Assembly: GCA_050741915.1 (NCBI GenBank)
Contig: JBOGEX010000126.1
Span: 10,668-74,667, forward strand
Direction of reading: 5' to 3'
Length of the DNA: 64,000 nucleotides
Origin: Acidimicrobiia bacterium
GTDB taxonomy: Bacteria > Actinomycetota > Acidimicrobiia > Spongiisociales > ZC4RG35
In this document: piece by piece, positions 27,223 through 36,041 of the stretch
How positions within the stretch are numbered: position 1 is the stretch's first letter
Layout of the letters: every line of letters starts with the position of its first letter
The notes under the pieces: model-generated
What the model was told of the DNA's origin: nothing
The model's database searches: none
Seen by the model: the letters and a program-made list of their open reading frames with translations, nothing else
Position numbers and translations under genes: made by a program

Positions 27223-28140
27223 CTAAGAGGCCGAGGCGAAGGCGCGTGCGATCATGGCCCGAACCACCTCGGGCTGTTCCTTGAGCATGCGATAGGTGAT
27301 TCGGAGAACACGCCAACCGGCCAGCTGGGCGTGGTTGTCACGCAGGCGGTCTTCTTCAAATGCCTCCAACGTGGCATGCCACCTCCGTCCGTCGAACTCG
27401 ATGATGAGTCGAATGGCGGGGTAGGCGAAATCAACTCGACCCTTGCGGCGTGAGCGCCACGGCAAGGGATACTGCAGCTGCGGCTCCGGGAAGCCCCAAT
27501 CCCGGAGGAGCCGCAGCCCTTCCATCTCGAGCGCGCTTTCACCCATGAACGCCTCGCCGGCTCGGGCCTCGAGGACTTTGTGCATCGTCTGCATCCCGGG
27601 CTTGCCGCGCCGCGCCAGGTCAGAGACAAGGTTGGCTGCGTCTTCGATCGTCGTGTCGCCTTTAATGACAAGGTGATCGAGGATCCGACCGATCGTGAGA
27701 GGCGATCGCTTAGCAGCGAGGTCGATCGCAGTCCGCACCGGCGTTGTCACCGGCAGGCCTTCGACTTCGATGACTTGCCCATGGGTCAGGTCGGTGGACT
27801 GATGAACGATCACGTCAGGAAAACGGTTGGTGGTACGAATCCGAACGGTCACCACCGCAAGTGCCCTCATGACTCCAGGGAGGCCATGTATCTCAGCCGC
27901 GGACTCGTGCGAGACGACTGCCCCCAGCGCCGCTGTCGCCGCCAGGAGGCGACCACGCAACGTCGGGGAAAATCCCGGGATCATGAACAACCCGGGTTTG
28001 ACCCGGACCCATCTGATCGAATTGACCCTTCGATTGATGGCGTCCGACGACATCCCACACGCGAGGGCCTGCCGACGCGTCACATATCCGGCTTGCGACC
28101 CGGCGAGCTGGTGGACGCGGTGTTCGGCCGGGTTGATCAC
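27223..28140 (-). CDS. DUF559-domain protein (restriction-endonuclease-like fold) with an AbiEi-like N-terminal domain
   Basis: C-terminal GRVDFAYPAIRLIIEFDGRRWHATLEAFEEDRLRDNHAQLAGWRVLRITYRML matches DUF559. The N-terminal region is HTH/AbiEi_4-like. Confidence 0.65.
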   Translation of the reverse strand: MINPAEHRVHQLAGSQAGYVTRRQALACGMSSDAINRRVNSIRWVRVKPGLFMIPGFSPTLRGRLLAATAALGAVVSHESAAEIHGLPGVMRALAVVTVRIRTTNRFPDVIVHQSTDLTHGQVIEVEGLPVTTPVRTAIDLAAKRSPLTIGRILDHLVIKGDTTIEDAANLVSDLARRGKPGMQTMHKVLEARAGEAFMGESALEMEGLRLLRDWGFPEPQLQYPLPWRSRRKGRVDFAYPAIRLIIEFDGRRWHATLEAFEEDRLRDNHAQLAGWRVLRITYRMLKEQPEVVRAMIARAFASAS

Positions 28141-28212
28141 CCATCGATCATTGACGAAATGAGGGTGGGGGTCTAGGGGTTTGTTACTGCGGCGCGGAAA
28201 CCGCGGGCTGCT

Positions 28213-28241
28213 TTATGCGGTTTCCGCAGCGCTGTGCATTA
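28213..28241 (+). repeat. Right inverted repeat bracketing the DUF559 gene
   Basis: See 27176-27204. An additional related hairpin, GCGCGGAAACCGCG, lies at 28192-28206. Confidence 0.65.
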
Positions 28242-28249
28242 GGTTTCGA

Positions 28250-29740
28250 TTAGCGGTCGTGTTGGGGGAAGCCGAGATCGACGCCGCGGTAGATCGGGTC
28301 GGGCCAGCGGGAGATGACGACTTTCTGGCGGGTATAGAAACGGATCCCCTCCGGGCCGTAGATCGGGCTTGACCCGAAGATCGAGGACTTCCACCCCCCA
28401 AACGAATAGAACGCCAAGGGCACCGGGATCGGGACATTGACCCCGACCATTCCCACCTGGATCTCACTCCCGAACTTGCGGGCCGCCCCCCCGTCATTGG
28501 TGAAGACCGCAGTGCCATTGGCATACGGATTGGCGTTGATGAGGTCGATCGCCTCCTGATAGTGCTCGACCCGCACCATCCCCAGCACTGGGCCGAAGAT
28601 CTCGTCGTCGTAGATCTTCATCCCCGGTTGCACCCGGTCAAACAACGTCGGGGCCACGTAGAACCCGCCCTCGAAACCCTCAGGCTGATATCCCCTCCCG
28701 TCGACGACCAGGTCGGCACCTTCGGAGACGCCTTGGTCGATGTAACCGATCACCTTGTCCCGATGCTCGGGGGTGACAAGCGGTCCCATCTCCGAATCGG
28801 GGTCGTGACCGGGCCCGGTGCGGAGCTTGGCAATGCGGGCCGTGATGTGGGGCAGCAACCGGTCGGCGGCGTCCCCGACCGTGACCACCACCGATATCGC
28901 CATGCAGCGCTCACCGGCCGACCCGTAGCCAGCCGAAACCGCGGCATCGGCGGCGAGTTCCATGTCGGCATCGGGCAGCACGACCATGTGGTTCTTGGCC
29001 CCCCCGAGAGCCTGGACCCGTTTTCCGGCTTTGGTTCCGTTCTCGTAGATGTATCGAGCGATCGGAGTCGATCCGACAAAGGAGACGGCGGCGATGTCGG
29101 GGTGTTCGAGGATGCGGTCGACAGCCACTTTGTCGCCGTGGACGACGTTGAAGACCCCGGGGGGCAGCCCGGCCTCACGCAACAACTCGGCGCAGAGCAT
29201 TGAAGGCGATGGATCCTTCTCCGAGGGCTTGAGAACGAACGAGTTGCCGGCGGCGATGGCGAGGGGATACATCCACATCGGGACCATCCCCGGAAAATTG
29301 AAGGGGGTGATGCCGGCGACGACGCCGAGGGGTTGGCGCATCGTGAAGGTGTCCACCCCGGTCGACACCTGCTCGGAGAACTCTCCCTTCATCAGGTGGG
29401 TGATGTTGCAGGCGAACTCCACCACCTCGAGCCCCCGTTGGACCTCGCCGAGGGCGTCGGACTCGGTCTTTCCGTGCTCGGAGGTGATGAGCTTGGCGAT
29501 CTCATGGCGGTTCTCGACTACCAGCTCGCGAAAAGCAAACATCACGTTTTGGCGGCGCGTAACCGGCGTGTCCCGCCAGGCCGGATAGGCGTCTACTCCT
29601 GCCTTGACGGCGGCATCTACCTCTTCGGCACCGGCCAGTGCAACCTCGTCTTGCACCTCACCCGTGGCGGGGTTGTATACCTTTCCGGTACGTTCGGGCT
29701 TACCGGACCATTGCCGGCCGTCGATCCAGTGATTGATCAT
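28250..29740 (-). CDS. mmsA: Methylmalonate-semialdehyde dehydrogenase (CoA-acylating)
   Basis: Start at ATG 29740 (MINHWIDGRQWSG...NPATGEV). ALDH motifs include VLKPSEKDPS and GSAGERCMA (catalytic Cys); about 496 aa. The ORF-track extension to 30568 is antisense to the neighbouring protease gene and is rejected. Confidence 0.85.
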   Translation of the reverse strand: MINHWIDGRQWSGKPERTGKVYNPATGEVQDEVALAGAEEVDAAVKAGVDAYPAWRDTPVTRRQNVMFAFRELVVENRHEIAKLITSEHGKTESDALGEVQRGLEVVEFACNITHLMKGEFSEQVSTGVDTFTMRQPLGVVAGITPFNFPGMVPMWMYPLAIAAGNSFVLKPSEKDPSPSMLCAELLREAGLPPGVFNVVHGDKVAVDRILEHPDIAAVSFVGSTPIARYIYENGTKAGKRVQALGGAKNHMVVLPDADMELAADAAVSAGYGSAGERCMAISVVVTVGDAADRLLPHITARIAKLRTGPGHDPDSEMGPLVTPEHRDKVIGYIDQGVSEGADLVVDGRGYQPEGFEGGFYVAPTLFDRVQPGMKIYDDEIFGPVLGMVRVEHYQEAIDLINANPYANGTAVFTNDGGAARKFGSEIQVGMVGVNVPIPVPLAFYSFGGWKSSIFGSSPIYGPEGIRFYTRQKVVISRWPDPIYRGVDLGFPQHDR

Positions 29741-29749
29741 GGGAGAACA

Positions 29750-31321
29750 GTGAAGCACAATCTGAAGTTGACGTTGCTGGCCGCGGCGTTGGTCGCCTGC
29801 CAAAGCGGAGGATCGCCTGCGACCACCCTTTCCACGCTTGCTACCACCACTGCTGCCGTGAGCACGACCGCCGGGCCGGAAGGACTTGTCACCACCGTCG
29901 AGGAGCTGCCGATGGCGACAATCCAGATTGTTTCCACCGGCACATTCATCACCCCTGACTTCGGCATCTTCGAAGGAGGCGGCAGCGGCTCCGGTTTCAT
30001 CATCGACCCGTCGGGAGTGGCGGTGACCAATAGTCACGTCGTGAGCGGGGCCGGTTTGCTCGATGTGCACATCGGGGGCTCGGCAGAGACCGTCAACGCC
30101 CAGATCCTCGGCGTGTCCGAGTGCAACGACCTCGCCGTCATCGATCTGGCCGGCGATGGCTACCGCTATCTCGAGTGGTACGACGGCGACATCTTCGCCG
30201 GCCTCGACGTGCGAGCCGCTGGCTATCCCCTGGGCGAACCCGAGTTCGCTCTCACTCAGGGAATCATCTCCAAAGCCGACGCCCCCGGTGAGACCGAGTG
30301 GGCCTCGATCGATGCAATCTTGGAACATGATGCTCGCATCCGCGGAGGCAACTCCGGCGGTCCGCTGGTGACCGACGAGATGAAGGTCGTCGGGGTCAAT
30401 TATGCGGGCCGAGATGACACCGACCAGAACTACGCCATCAGTGTGCGGGAAGCTGAGCGGGTGGTGGACGCTCTGCGGTCTGGAATCGATGTGGACTCGG
30501 TGGGGATCAACGGTTACGCCGTAACAGCCGACGATGGCACCCAGGGCGTATGGGTGGAAACCGTGCAAGCCGGCTCTTCTGCCGATCGGGCCGGAGTGAC
30601 GGGCGGAGACATCGTCACCCGTATGGCCGGGGTTTCACTGGCCCTCGAGGGGACGATGGAGGAGTTCTGCGACGTCATTCGCACGCAAGGCGAACAGGGC
30701 GTTATCGACGTCGAGGTTCTTCGGTACGACACGTCTCAAGTCCTGCGAGGCCAGTTCAACGGCGATGCCCTCACCGAGGCCTTTTCGTTTGCGGAAGAAC
30801 TCGACGAGGAGGCGACGGTGGGAACGGACACGAGTGTCTACTCCGAGTACGTCGTCATCACGGATGACACCGGAGCCATCAGCGTCGAGGTTCCGGTCGA
30901 GTGGAGTGACGTCGACGGCCAGCCCTATGAGGACGAGCAGGGTCGCTCCATTGTAGATGTGAGAGCGGCGAGCGATCTGGCTCTGTTCCACGAAAGCTGG
31001 TCAACGCCCGGCATGATCGTCAGCGCCTCGTCGGATTGGGCAACCACCACGACCGAGGAAGAACTGCTGGACGAGATCCAGACCAGCTTCGTCGAGATCT
31101 GCGAGTACGGCGGTCGCGACGTTTATGAAGATCCGCTCTATGCCGGGTCGTTCGATACCTTCGTCAACTGCGGGAACGAGGCGGCCACGTACGTGGTGGT
31201 AGCCGCCCGACCGGCCGAGGCCAACTTTCTCGTTCGGGTAGCCGTACAGGCCAACTCCGATCGCGACTTCGAAGCCCTTGACCGCATCCTGGCCAGCTTC
31301 GTCGTCACCGGCGACGTTTAG
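29750..31321 (+). CDS. Secreted trypsin-like serine protease (S1C/HtrA-like) lipoprotein with a PDZ domain
   Basis: GTG 29750 is preceded by GGGAGAA. Lipoprotein signal KHNLKLTLLAAALVAC, a Thr-rich linker, the protease core (...GNSGGPLV...), and a PDZ-like region (GDIVTRMAG). Confidence 0.75.
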   Translation: MKHNLKLTLLAAALVACQSGGSPATTLSTLATTTAAVSTTAGPEGLVTTVEELPMATIQIVSTGTFITPDFGIFEGGGSGSGFIIDPSGVAVTNSHVVSGAGLLDVHIGGSAETVNAQILGVSECNDLAVIDLAGDGYRYLEWYDGDIFAGLDVRAAGYPLGEPEFALTQGIISKADAPGETEWASIDAILEHDARIRGGNSGGPLVTDEMKVVGVNYAGRDDTDQNYAISVREAERVVDALRSGIDVDSVGINGYAVTADDGTQGVWVETVQAGSSADRAGVTGGDIVTRMAGVSLALEGTMEEFCDVIRTQGEQGVIDVEVLRYDTSQVLRGQFNGDALTEAFSFAEELDEEATVGTDTSVYSEYVVITDDTGAISVEVPVEWSDVDGQPYEDEQGRSIVDVRAASDLALFHESWSTPGMIVSASSDWATTTTEEELLDEIQTSFVEICEYGGRDVYEDPLYAGSFDTFVNCGNEAATYVVVAARPAEANFLVRVAVQANSDRDFEALDRILASFVVTGDV

Positions 31322-31453
31322 GTCAGAGCCAGGCCATGGTCCTTTGGCGCCCCCTGTCGGCGGCAGCGTTGGTGTGATCGATGCCTCGGCCCTGGCAAAC
31401 CAGAAGCCCGGCCGCGGGCCCCTGTTCCCCCCAGCACCACCCCACCCGTGGCA

Positions 31454-31876
31454 CTAGCGGGCGGCACCCTCCATCGATCCGGTGAGCTTGCTGAGGTCGA
31501 CGTTGTAGAGGGCGCAGATGATCTCGCGATCGTCCTCGTCGGTCCAGCTCTCTTCGGTTGGGTAAATGGGAAAAACCTCCAGAGCCGAACTCTGATAGTC
31601 GAGCCCAACATAACCTTCGAACTGGGCGACGCACAGATCTTCGGAGATCTCCGACATCTGATCTGTCCCCGGATAGGTGTCAGTCTCGGTGTAATCGATC
31701 AACGCAAACACCTCGTTGTCATGGGGTTCCGAGCAGTCGACCTCGGGCACTGAAGAGATTTCACCGTCGGCCTGGTCGTCGAAACAGGTGCCCACGGCAA
31801 GGCTGAACACCGACTGCTGACCACAGGCGAACATGATCAACGCCAAGGCGACGAAGGAGATTGACTTGGGCATCAA
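31454..31876 (-). CDS. Small acidic hypothetical lipoprotein
   Basis: Signal peptide/lipobox (VALALIMFAC); Cys-containing acidic 140-aa product; overlaps the upstream gene by 4 nt. Confidence 0.45.
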   Translation of the reverse strand: MMPKSISFVALALIMFACGQQSVFSLAVGTCFDDQADGEISSVPEVDCSEPHDNEVFALIDYTETDTYPGTDQMSEISEDLCVAQFEGYVGLDYQSSALEVFPIYPTEESWTDEDDREIICALYNVDLSKLTGSMEGAAR

Positions 31877-33282
31877 ACGAGGTATTGGTTCAGGTCACGT
31901 GCAAGGTACTGCCCGTCGCCCTTCCTGCCGTGGTATTGCTCACCTGAGATGATGATCCGGCCCCGGGAAAGAACCGTGTCGACCCCGCCCGACACTTCCA
32001 GTCCCTCGTAGCACGAATAATCGGTGCGCATGTGGTGGGTCTCGGCCGAGAGCCGGTGCCTCCGCTTCGGATCGAAGATGACGATGTCCGCGTCCGAGCC
32101 CACTGCAATCGTGCCCTTGCGAGGGAAAAGCCCGAACATTCGAGCCGGGGTGGTGGCGCAAACCTCGACCCACCGTTCCAGCGCCAATCGCTCCTCGGCC
32201 ACGGCCCCGTGGTACATCAACTCGACCCGGTGCTCGACCCCGGGGAGGCCGTTGGGGATCTTGGAGAAGTCTCCCTCGCCCAACCGCTTCTGCCGCCCGA
32301 GCTCGGGATGATCCTCGAAGCAGAAGGGGCAATGATCGGTGGACACAATCTGCAGATCGTTCGTGGCCAGCCCGGACCACAGAGCCTCCTGGTGGCCTTC
32401 GGCCCGGTCTCGCAGCGGCGGCGAGCAGACGAACTTGGCGCCTTCGAAGCCGTTGCCGAGATCGTCGAGGTCCAAGAAGAGATACTGCGGGCAGGTTTCG
32501 GCGAAGACGTTGAGCCCTTCGTCGCGAGCGTTGGTGACCTCCGCCAATGCCTCCAAGGCCGACAGGTGGACGACATAGAGAGGACAACCTGCCAGCTCGG
32601 CGAGCTTGATCGCTCGATGGGTGGCCTCGCCCTCGAGGATCGAACGGCGGACGATTCCGTGATAGATCGGGTCGGTCTCACCCCGCTCGAGCGCCTGAGC
32701 GATGAGCACATCGATTGCTATCCCGTTCTCGGCGTGCATCATGATCGTGGCGCCGTTTTCGGCTGCCTTCTGCATCGCCCGGAAGATTTCGCCATCGGTG
32801 GAGTAGAAGACTCCCGGATAGGCCATGAACATCTTGAACGACGTCACTCCCTCGCCCATGGCGATATCCATCTCCTTCAATGATTGGTCGGTGACGTCGC
32901 CGACGATCAAGTGGAAGCCGTAGTCGATGGCACAGTTCCCTTCGGCCTTCTCCCGCCAGGCCTCATAACCGTTCATCAGGTTTTGGCCCTTGGTCTGCAC
33001 CGCGAAGTCGACGATTGTGGTCGTGCCTCCCCAGGCGGCCGCTCTGGTCCCGGTCTCGAAGTTGTCAGATGCGAAGGTGCCGCCGAAGGGCAACTCCATG
33101 TGAGTGTGGACGTCGATACCACCCGGCACGACGTACTTTCCCTGGGCGTCGATGATCTCGTCTGCCTCAACTTCGGTCCCCCGGGCCGAAAGACTGGCGA
33201 CCTTCTCGCCGACAACGAGCACATCGGCCTCCTGCTGACCGGCATGGGTAATGACGGTTCCGTTCTTGATCAGGATCGACAT
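31873..33282 (-). CDS. Dihydropyrimidinase / D-hydantoinase
   Basis: Start at ATG 33282 (MSILIKNGTVITH...). Metal-binding HxH (GGIDVHTHM) and the carboxylated-Lys region. RBS AGGAAC upstream. 469 aa. Confidence 0.85.
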   Translation of the reverse strand: MSILIKNGTVITHAGQQEADVLVVGEKVASLSARGTEVEADEIIDAQGKYVVPGGIDVHTHMELPFGGTFASDNFETGTRAAAWGGTTTIVDFAVQTKGQNLMNGYEAWREKAEGNCAIDYGFHLIVGDVTDQSLKEMDIAMGEGVTSFKMFMAYPGVFYSTDGEIFRAMQKAAENGATIMMHAENGIAIDVLIAQALERGETDPIYHGIVRRSILEGEATHRAIKLAELAGCPLYVVHLSALEALAEVTNARDEGLNVFAETCPQYLFLDLDDLGNGFEGAKFVCSPPLRDRAEGHQEALWSGLATNDLQIVSTDHCPFCFEDHPELGRQKRLGEGDFSKIPNGLPGVEHRVELMYHGAVAEERLALERWVEVCATTPARMFGLFPRKGTIAVGSDADIVIFDPKRRHRLSAETHHMRTDYSCYEGLEVSGGVDTVLSRGRIIISGEQYHGRKGDGQYLARDLNQYLV

Positions 33283-33884
33283 CAGGTTCCTTTCGGGTAG
33301 TGATTTTGGTAATCGCGCTGAGCCGCTTCGATCAGGCGGCCGGCGTGGTCCGCTCCGTAGCGCTCCTGAATTGTGATGACATCTGGCTGACCGGCGAGTT
33401 GCTTGTAGGTCTCGAAATAGTGGGCAAGACGATCGACCAATGCAAGCGGAAGCTCGGACAGTTCGACAATGTCCCCCCACACCGGATCCCTGTTGAGGAC
33501 TGCCACCACCTTGTCGTCGGCCTCGCCCTGGTCGAGGATCTGGAGGCCGCCCACGGCGCGGGCAGTGAGGAGGATGTCAGCCCGATCGATCGGGCGCTCG
33601 GAGATAACGCAGATGTCCAGGGGGTCGCCGTCTCCGCCGCTGGCGCCAGGACACATTGCTGCCACCTCCTCGGCACAAAAAGTCTGGGGGATAAAGCCGT
33701 ACAAAGTCGGGGGAGAGGACGACGTTTGCTGGGGACGGTCCACCTTCAGGTAGCCGCTGGGTTTATCCACCTCGTACTTGATCACGTCGAAGGGGGTGAT
33801 CTCGATATAGGCGTTGACCAGCAAGGGGGGATCGGGGCCGACCGGGAGGCCATGCCAGGGGTGGGGCCGCCAGGAAGTGAACAT
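33282..33884 (-). CDS. ppa: Inorganic pyrophosphatase (family I)
   Basis: Family I PPase motifs (DGDPLDICVIS etc.). Its stop overlaps the hydantoinase ATG by 1 nt. Confidence 0.75.
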   Translation of the reverse strand: MFTSWRPHPWHGLPVGPDPPLLVNAYIEITPFDVIKYEVDKPSGYLKVDRPQQTSSSPPTLYGFIPQTFCAEEVAAMCPGASGGDGDPLDICVISERPIDRADILLTARAVGGLQILDQGEADDKVVAVLNRDPVWGDIVELSELPLALVDRLAHYFETYKQLAGQPDVITIQERYGADHAGRLIEAAQRDYQNHYPKGT

Positions 33885-33893
33885 CAGCCCAAA

Positions 33894-33945
33894 CCTAGAC
33901 GGCGCGCCTAGACAGCACGCCGAGACGGCACGCCTGACCGCGGCT
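33894..33945 (+). promoter_or_regulatory. Tandem 13-bp direct repeats (3 good copies plus 1 degenerate) in the ppa / ABC-transporter divergent promoter
   Basis: CCTAGACGGCGCG (33894-906), CCTAGACAGCACG (33907-919), CCGAGACGGCACG (33920-932), CCTGACCGCGGCT (33933-945). The array begins 10 bp upstream of the ppa ATG. Confidence 0.6.
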
Positions 33946-33965
33946 TAGTAACTTGGCCGTCCACA

Positions 33966-35162
33966 GTGTCGAAGGAGGCACACCTGAAACAGAAATTGAC
34001 CATCCTCCTCGTGTTCGGGCTGTTCGTCGCAGCCTGCGGAGGAACAGCAGCAACGACCACCGCCGCCGACAGCCCCGCCACCACCGCCGGGGGACCGGCG
34101 ACGACCGCCGGAGGAGGAACCGAAACCACCGGTGCCGCCGCCGGGGGCATGGAGGAACTGATTGCCGCCGCCCAGGCGGAGGGAACGCTGACCACCATCG
34201 CCCTTCCTCACGACTGGTGCAACTACGGCGAGGTCATCTCGACCTTTGCCGACAAGTACGGCATCGCCGTGAACGAGCTCGCTCCCGACGCCGGTTCGGC
34301 CGACGAGCTGGAGGCGGTGCGAGCCAATCAGGGCAGCACCGGTCCGCAGGCCCCGGATGTGCTCGACATCGGTCTCGCCTTCGGTCCGGACGCCAAGGAC
34401 GAGGGCCTGCTCCAGGCGTACCAGGTGGAGACTTGGGATTCGATTCCCGGCGATGCCAAGGACGCCGAGGGCTACTGGTACGGCGACTACTACGGCGTTC
34501 TCGCCTTCGAGGTCAATGCCGATGTGATCGACAACGTCCCCCAGACGTGGGCCGACCTGCTCAAGCCCGAGTACCAGGGCGCCATCGCCCTGGCGGGAGA
34601 TCCGAGAGTCTCAGCCCAAGCGATCTCGGCGGTGTTTGCCGCCGGCCTCGCCAGCGGAGGCTCACTCGACGACGCCCAGCCCGGTCTCGACTTCTTTGCT
34701 CAACTGGCAGAGGCAGGCAACCTGGTGCCCGTGATCGCCGAGTCAGGAACGGTTGCTTCCGGTGAGACCCCGATCACCATTCGCTGGACCTACAACGCCC
34801 TGGCCAATCGCGACGCCAACGCCGACATCGCCAACATCGAGGTGGTGGTACCGGCCGACAGCGGTCGCTACGCCGGGGTCTATGTGCAGGGGATCAGCGC
34901 CTATGCCCCCCATCCCAATGCCGCCAAGCTTTGGATGGAGTTCCTGTACTCGGATGAAGGCCAGAACATCTGGCTCAAGGGCTACTGCCATCCCATTCGC
35001 TACCAGGATCTGGTGGCTCGCGACGCGGTGCCGCAGGAGCAGCTCGACCAGCTACCCGACGTGGAAGGTGCGGTGTTTCCGACGCTCGACCAGATCGGCG
35101 CCGCTAGCGAGTTAATCACCACCAACTGGGACTCGGAGGTTGGCGTCAATGTCGGGGGTTGA
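33966..35162 (+). CDS. ABC transporter substrate-binding lipoprotein (family-1 SBP, PotD/PotF-like)
   Basis: Lipoprotein signal LTILLVFGLFVAACGG and a Thr/Gly-rich linker. Start may be GTG 33966 or in-frame TTG 33996. Confidence 0.75.
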   Translation: MSKEAHLKQKLTILLVFGLFVAACGGTAATTTAADSPATTAGGPATTAGGGTETTGAAAGGMEELIAAAQAEGTLTTIALPHDWCNYGEVISTFADKYGIAVNELAPDAGSADELEAVRANQGSTGPQAPDVLDIGLAFGPDAKDEGLLQAYQVETWDSIPGDAKDAEGYWYGDYYGVLAFEVNADVIDNVPQTWADLLKPEYQGAIALAGDPRVSAQAISAVFAAGLASGGSLDDAQPGLDFFAQLAEAGNLVPVIAESGTVASGETPITIRWTYNALANRDANADIANIEVVVPADSGRYAGVYVQGISAYAPHPNAAKLWMEFLYSDEGQNIWLKGYCHPIRYQDLVARDAVPQEQLDQLPDVEGAVFPTLDQIGAASELITTNWDSEVGVNVGG

Positions 35163-36041
35163 GTGACCGCAATCAGTGAGGTGGGGGGCAAGCGCCCCCC
35201 ACCCCGCTCCTGGAACTGGGTGGGGATCGTCCCCTTCCTGCTGTTCTCCGGTGCCTTCTTGCTCGGTCCGGCCGCGATCCTCCTCGTTCGCAGCTTCCAG
35301 GCCAACGAAGGCGGCTGGACCTTCCTCAATTATCGCCAGTTGATCGACCCCCAGGTGCTAGAAGCGTATGGACTCTCGGTCCGGATCAGCCTGGTCACCG
35401 CCGTCGTGGGTGGGGTCTTCGGGTTCTTGATGGCCTGGGCTGTGATTTACGGCGGCCTGCCGAGGCCGTTCCGTTCGTTGCTCACCACTTTCTCCGGGGT
35501 GGCTTCGAACTTCGCCGGTGTCCCGTTGGCGGCCGCCTTCATCTTCACCCTCGGCCGCATCGGGCTCATTACCGCACTGTTTGGCTTCTTCGGGGTGGAG
35601 CTCTATCAGTCCGGTTTTTCGCTCTACAACTTCTGGGGCCTCACCGTCGTTTATATGTTCTTTCAATTTCCACTGATGGTTCTCACCATCACTCCGGCCC
35701 TCGAGGGTTTGAAGAAGGAGTGGAAGGAGGCATCGGAAAACCTGGGGGCCACTTCCTGGCAGTACTGGCGCCATGTCGCCCTCCCGGTCCTCTTGCCCTC
35801 GATCCTGGGCACGATCATTCTGCTTTTCGGCAACGCCTTCGGTGCCCACGCCACGGCTTACGCCTTAACCGGCGGCACGTTGCGGCTGGCCACGATTTTG
35901 ATTGGTGCCCAAATCTCGGGCGACGTTCTCCAAAACCAAGGACTTGGTTATGCGGTGGCGATGGGGATGGTCGTAATCATGGGCGTTTCGATCGGCATCT
36001 ACACGCTGCTCCAGCGACGAGCGGAGAGGTGGCTCGGTTGA
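35163..36041 (+). CDS. ABC transporter permease (PotB-like)
   Basis: Six-TM MetI-like permease. GTG start abuts the SBP stop. Confidence 0.75.
   Translation: MTAISEVGGKRPPPRSWNWVGIVPFLLFSGAFLLGPAAILLVRSFQANEGGWTFLNYRQLIDPQVLEAYGLSVRISLVTAVVGGVFGFLMAWAVIYGGLPRPFRSLLTTFSGVASNFAGVPLAAAFIFTLGRIGLITALFGFFGVELYQSGFSLYNFWGLTVVYMFFQFPLMVLTITPALEGLKKEWKEASENLGATSWQYWRHVALPVLLPSILGTIILLFGNAFGAHATAYALTGGTLRLATILIGAQISGDVLQNQGLGYAVAMGMVVIMGVSIGIYTLLQRRAERWLG

Noticed and set aside
29333-29749. 5' extension of the protease ORF (29333-31321)
   Set aside because: It is antisense to the mmsA coding sequence. The lipoprotein signal peptide and RBS place the start at GTG 29750.
29741-30568. N-terminal 275 aa of the 772-aa minus-strand ORF 28250-30568
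   Set aside because: This region is antisense to the well-supported HtrA-like protease gene. The MmsA homology begins exactly at the internal ATG 29740 (MINHWIDG...).
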